From Bdellovibrionota bacterium (GTDB lineage: Bacteria > Bdellovibrionota_C > UBA2361 > OMII01): 64,000 bases of DNA. The notes beneath the pieces are model-generated. The model was not told where the DNA came from and searched no databases. It was given only the letters and a program-made list of their open reading frames with translations. Positions within the stretch are counted from its first letter, which is position 1. Each line of letters starts with the position of its first letter. Position numbers and translations under genes: made by a program. The stretch lies in contig JBIKWQ010000003.1 in the NCBI GenBank assembly GCA_044356215.1, forward strand, positions 16,466 through 80,465. Direction: 5' to 3'. Shown one piece after another: positions 60,664 to 64,000 of the stretch.

Positions 60664-60711
60664 CTAGAGGGAAGAAACACAAGGGTGCGGCTCTGCCGCT
60701 AGAGGGTATGT

Positions 60712-61218
60712 ATGACGTACGTCGCGAAAAATTTGTTAGATGACGAAGACCTCGTACACGTGACACGCCTTCACGCGATCGTTCTGCTCGCTCCGGCGAT
60801 GGTAGTTTCAGCCCTTGCCGGAATGCTCTCGATAATGGGAGATATCCCAGTAGTCTGGTACATCCTAGCTTTCCTTATTCTATTAGCGGCGTTGAGATTA
60901 GCGGACCGTCTTACACTGTATCTATCATCGGAGTTCGCTGTGACCTCAAAGAGGGTTCTCGGTAAGACAGGGCTGATTAGGTTAAAGACAACCGATATCG
61001 TCCTGGCAAAAGTAGAGGCGATTAGGATCCACCAGAGCGTATTGGGCCGCATCTGCAACTTCGGTGACGTTCTCGTAACTGGGACGGGAGGAACCGAGGA
61101 GGTGCTAAGTTACATTCCGGAGCCACAGCTCTTTAGTAAAGTGATACAGGAGCAGCTAGCGGCGATCGATGAAGGTCGGTTTGATAACGGCGGATCGGCT
61201 AGCTCTGGTACTAGGTAG
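60712..61218 (+). CDS. Bacterial PH-domain (bPH_2) membrane protein
   Basis: Two TM helices followed by EFAVTSKRV..KTG...KVE.I...QS.LGR..NFG.V.V.GTGG. Confidence 0.85.
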   Translation: MTYVAKNLLDDEDLVHVTRLHAIVLLAPAMVVSALAGMLSIMGDIPVVWYILAFLILLAALRLADRLTLYLSSEFAVTSKRVLGKTGLIRLKTTDIVLAKVEAIRIHQSVLGRICNFGDVLVTGTGGTEEVLSYIPEPQLFSKVIQEQLAAIDEGRFDNGGSASSGTR

Positions 61219-61266
61219 CCGACCAACACAACTTTTCCCACAACTCGTTCGATTACCTCCCGTATC

Positions 61267-62304
61267 TTGAACACGGGGGAGAAAGGAGTGAGGGAAACAA
61301 AAATCAAAGAAAGCGGTTCGTCGGAATTAAGAGCAGCAGTAGCGATCGGCCAGCTAAAAGAGAGTAAACGCTTCGAACTTACAAAATTAATACTAGCGAG
61401 CTCAAGTTACACGCAGGCTCTCCAGTTTTTATCTCGGGCTGATTTAGCGGCGGCGCAGTCTGTGATTGAGAGATGCGATGAGCTGAATCTTCTGGTTGTG
61501 CCGATTACATCGTCTCTTTATCCAGGTCGGTTACGGGAGATTAGCGACCCACCTGTTGTGCTGTATATTCAAACACTAGATCACGGCCGATGGATCCCAG
61601 CGCAGACATTTGGCGTCATCGGAACCAGATCGGCCTCTATCGATGTGTGCCATCGGGCTACAGAGATCGCCAAGGACCTCGCGACTTCCGGCATGACAGT
61701 AGTGAGCGGATTGGCGTTAGGTATCGATGGTGCCGCGCACCGTGGGGCTCTTGATTCTAAGATTGAGTGCGCGACGATCGCTGTGCTGGCGCACGGTTTG
61801 GACCGGGTATATCCACCATCTCATCTTGGATTGGCTCGAGAGATCGTTAATTCAGGCGGGATGATAATCTCTGAGTACGCTCCGGGAATAGAGCCATTAA
61901 AGCATCATTTTTTGGCGCGTAATCGAATTATCGCGGGACTGTCGCGCGGGGTCTTGGTTGTTCAAGCAGGAGCTAGGAGTGGTAGTTTGGTTACAGCTAA
62001 TTTCGCCGCTGATTATGGGAGGGATGTGTTTGTATTTGATGATAGCGCTGGCGGAGATGCCAGCAGCGGCGGCAGTTCACTTATCGATCAGGGAGCGATT
62101 CCTGTTAGGTCAGCCAAAGATATCTTAGTGGAGTATGGGCTGGCGCAGAGCGCTGATATATTGAGCGACGAGAGCGCGTGGACTACGACGACTTTAGAGA
62201 CGTTCTTAAGTGTCACCAAGCTAAGTTCAAGCGACCTGCTGAAACTTGAATTAGCTGGATTGCTTGTTAGGCTACCTGGGAATCAGGTTAGGGTGAGGAA
62301 TTGA
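61267..62304 (+). CDS. dprA: DNA-processing protein DprA
   Basis: YP..LREI.DPP..LY, IGTR, VSGLALGIDGAAH, F.ARNRIIAGL, SGSL.TA; start uncertain. Confidence 0.93.
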   Translation: MNTGEKGVRETKIKESGSSELRAAVAIGQLKESKRFELTKLILASSSYTQALQFLSRADLAAAQSVIERCDELNLLVVPITSSLYPGRLREISDPPVVLYIQTLDHGRWIPAQTFGVIGTRSASIDVCHRATEIAKDLATSGMTVVSGLALGIDGAAHRGALDSKIECATIAVLAHGLDRVYPPSHLGLAREIVNSGGMIISEYAPGIEPLKHHFLARNRIIAGLSRGVLVVQAGARSGSLVTANFAADYGRDVFVFDDSAGGDASSGGSSLIDQGAIPVRSAKDILVEYGLAQSADILSDESAWTTTTLETFLSVTKLSSSDLLKLELAGLLVRLPGNQVRVRN

Positions 62305-62357
62305 GATTAGTGAAGATCCGCAAGACCATTTGCCTAACAGCCACTGAATCTCATATC

Positions 62358-63182
62358 ATGAACGGCATGCGCAAAAAAATTACTGTACCAGATCTGGAGC
62401 AGCGTCGTTTCCAGGGACCCCCGATATCGATGCTAACTTGCTACGATGCCGCCTTCGCATCTCTGTTGGATGAGTGCGGAGTTGACGCGCTTCTTGTGGG
62501 CGACTCTCTGGGTATGGTTCTTCAGGGACACAATACAACTATTCCAGTTACGATAGAGCAGATGGAGTATCACACCTCTTCTGTCGCGCGAGCTAATCCA
62601 AAAAGCTTAATAGTCGCTGATATGCCATTTGCTTCTTATCACGAATCGCCAGAGCAGGCGTTTAAGAACGCGGCTAAATTGATCGCGGCTGGCGCTCAGA
62701 TGGTTAAGTTAGAGGGTGGAGAATGGTTAGCTCCAACAGTTGAATTCATATCGAGAAGGGGAGTCCCCGTATGCGCTCATTTAGGACTAACGCCTCAATC
62801 GGTACACGATCTGGGTGGATATCGTGTGCAGGGACGCGATAGTGAGTCGGCTTTAAAAATAGAGCGAGATGCCAAGGCCCTTGAAAGCGCGGGTGCGCGG
62901 ATGCTTGTTCTTGAGTTAGTCCCGGCGGATCTAGCGGGAGCCATTACTCAATCTCTAAATATCCCTACGATAGGAATTGGCGCGGGTCCAGCGACAACCG
63001 GGCAGGTGTTAGTGTTACACGATATGTTAGGAATAACTCCTGGCAAGCGACCGCGATTCGTGAAGAATTTTCTGGTGAACTCAGGGAGTGTCGCAAGCGC
63101 TGTGAAACAATATGTCGCAGAGGTTCAGGCGCGTAGTTTCCCGAGTGAGGAGCACTCGGTGCTTGAGCTGGTTTCTTTGTAA
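62358..63182 (+). CDS. panB: 3-methyl-2-oxobutanoate hydroxymethyltransferase
   Basis: MLTCYD, LVGDSLGM, ADMPF, VKLEGG, HLGLTPQS, IGIGAG, GQVLV.HD.LG; start 62358 or 62367. Confidence 0.96.
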   Translation: MNGMRKKITVPDLEQRRFQGPPISMLTCYDAAFASLLDECGVDALLVGDSLGMVLQGHNTTIPVTIEQMEYHTSSVARANPKSLIVADMPFASYHESPEQAFKNAAKLIAAGAQMVKLEGGEWLAPTVEFISRRGVPVCAHLGLTPQSVHDLGGYRVQGRDSESALKIERDAKALESAGARMLVLELVPADLAGAITQSLNIPTIGIGAGPATTGQVLVLHDMLGITPGKRPRFVKNFLVNSGSVASAVKQYVAEVQARSFPSEEHSVLELVSL

Positions 63183-63243
63183 AAAACTTGCCGAGGCATG
63201 ACGAATTGGTTTTTTTACAATGATTAAAAGAGATCGGCGAGCC
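63168..63243 (+). repeat. Internal fragment homologous to the Tn5/IS50-like element
   Basis: CTGGTTTCTTTGTAAAAA...TAAAAGAGATCGGCGAGCC aligns with the reverse complement of about 53627-53698. Confidence 0.65.
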
Positions 63244-63302
63244 TGAGGGGCAGCCTGAATTAGTTTCTAGTCCGAACTCGCTCGATAGGCTAACATCCGC
63301 AC

Positions 63303-64000
63303 ATGACACACAATTTCAAGCAAAGAATTAAGAGAGCCCTAAATGCGCTGGACAGCGTAGAAGGCTCAAACGCACTAATTATATCAAGCAACCCTGGCGC
63401 TGTTCGCAGTGCTGATCAGGAGTATCCGTACCGGGCAAACAGTGACCTATATTATCTCACTGGATATCGTTCGAATGATGTTACATTGGTGCTCCGCAAC
63501 AGCGCTTCTCCGAAGATTATCCTCGTTACCTCAGTTGAGGATCCCGTGAAGGTATTGTGGGAGGGGACCGCCCCATCGCTCAAACCTCTAACGAAGGCTA
63601 TCGGCGCTACGGTGATTCGCAGTAAAGATCAGAAGCGAACGGTTAAAGATCTTCTAAAAGGAGTAAATTGCGTGTTTACTCAGGGGCTACCCGGCACTCT
63701 TAGCAACTCAATTAGGCAAGATTTAGCGAAACAGAGTGGAGAGACCCCAAAGAACGCCCCTGCGGCATTCGCTAATGCCGATACGATCACAGCGGAGCTT
63801 AGGTTAATAAAGGATCGATCTGAGATTCAAGCGATAGCAGAAGCGGGGATCCTTACCGGTGAGGTTCTGCATTCGATTTTGCCTCTTTTAACCCCAGGCA
63901 CAACAGAGCGCGAGATCGCCACAGTAATCGATTGTTACTACCGCATGAGTGGAGGTGATCCGTCATTCGCTCCGATAGTAGCGGCCGGAAAATCAGCAGC
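63303..64000 (+). CDS. pepP: Xaa-Pro aminopeptidase (partial, runs off window end)
   Basis: Translated by hand: MTHNFKQR...RSADQEYPYRANSDLYYLTG...LWEG...LRLIKDRSEI...SFAPIVAAG. Not in the ORF track. Confidence 0.88.
   Translation, partial: MTHNFKQRIKRALNALDSVEGSNALIISSNPGAVRSADQEYPYRANSDLYYLTGYRSNDVTLVLRNSASPKIILVTSVEDPVKVLWEGTAPSLKPLTKAIGATVIRSKDQKRTVKDLLKGVNCVFTQGLPGTLSNSIRQDLAKQSGETPKNAPAAFANADTITAELRLIKDRSEIQAIAEAGILTGEVLHSILPLLTPGTTEREIATVIDCYYRMSGGDPSFAPIVAAGKSA

Overview
A gene-dense bacterial chromosomal segment with no rRNA, tRNA, CRISPR array, prophage or intact transposase that I could recognise. It carries a his operon (hisL-hisG-[hisD remnant]-hisC-hisB-hisH, running off the left edge) and a trp operon (trpL-trpEGDCFBA plus a DAHP synthase); both look Bacteroidota-like in sequence. 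Other genes include a Fur/Zur regulator with a TonB-dependent receptor, a GH63-like glycosidase, ctaB, an ABC exporter/lipocalin operon, tgt, a Chlamydia-type class Ic ribonucleotide reductase with tandem NrdR boxes, metH, HtrA, two signalling kinases, a Phd-VapC toxin-antitoxin pair, dprA, panB and pepP. Features missing from the ORF track: (1) His-rich and Trp-rich leader peptides that both end GCC-TAG and are followed by pyrimidine-rich tracts rather than an obvious terminator hairpin; (2) deletion scars in hisD and an EamA gene; (3) three non-autonomous element families (an IS5-like palindromic 183-bp MITE in three copies, a 163-bp MITE with a 9-bp target-site duplication, and a 390-bp element with Tn5/IS50-like ends and a 10-bp duplication), two of which interrupt the same gene; (4) a roughly 380-bp structured element bounded by hairpin-plus-inverted-repeat modules; (5) a repeated 53-bp promoter/leader cassette. 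All family assignments come from recognising motifs by eye; no database searches were run.
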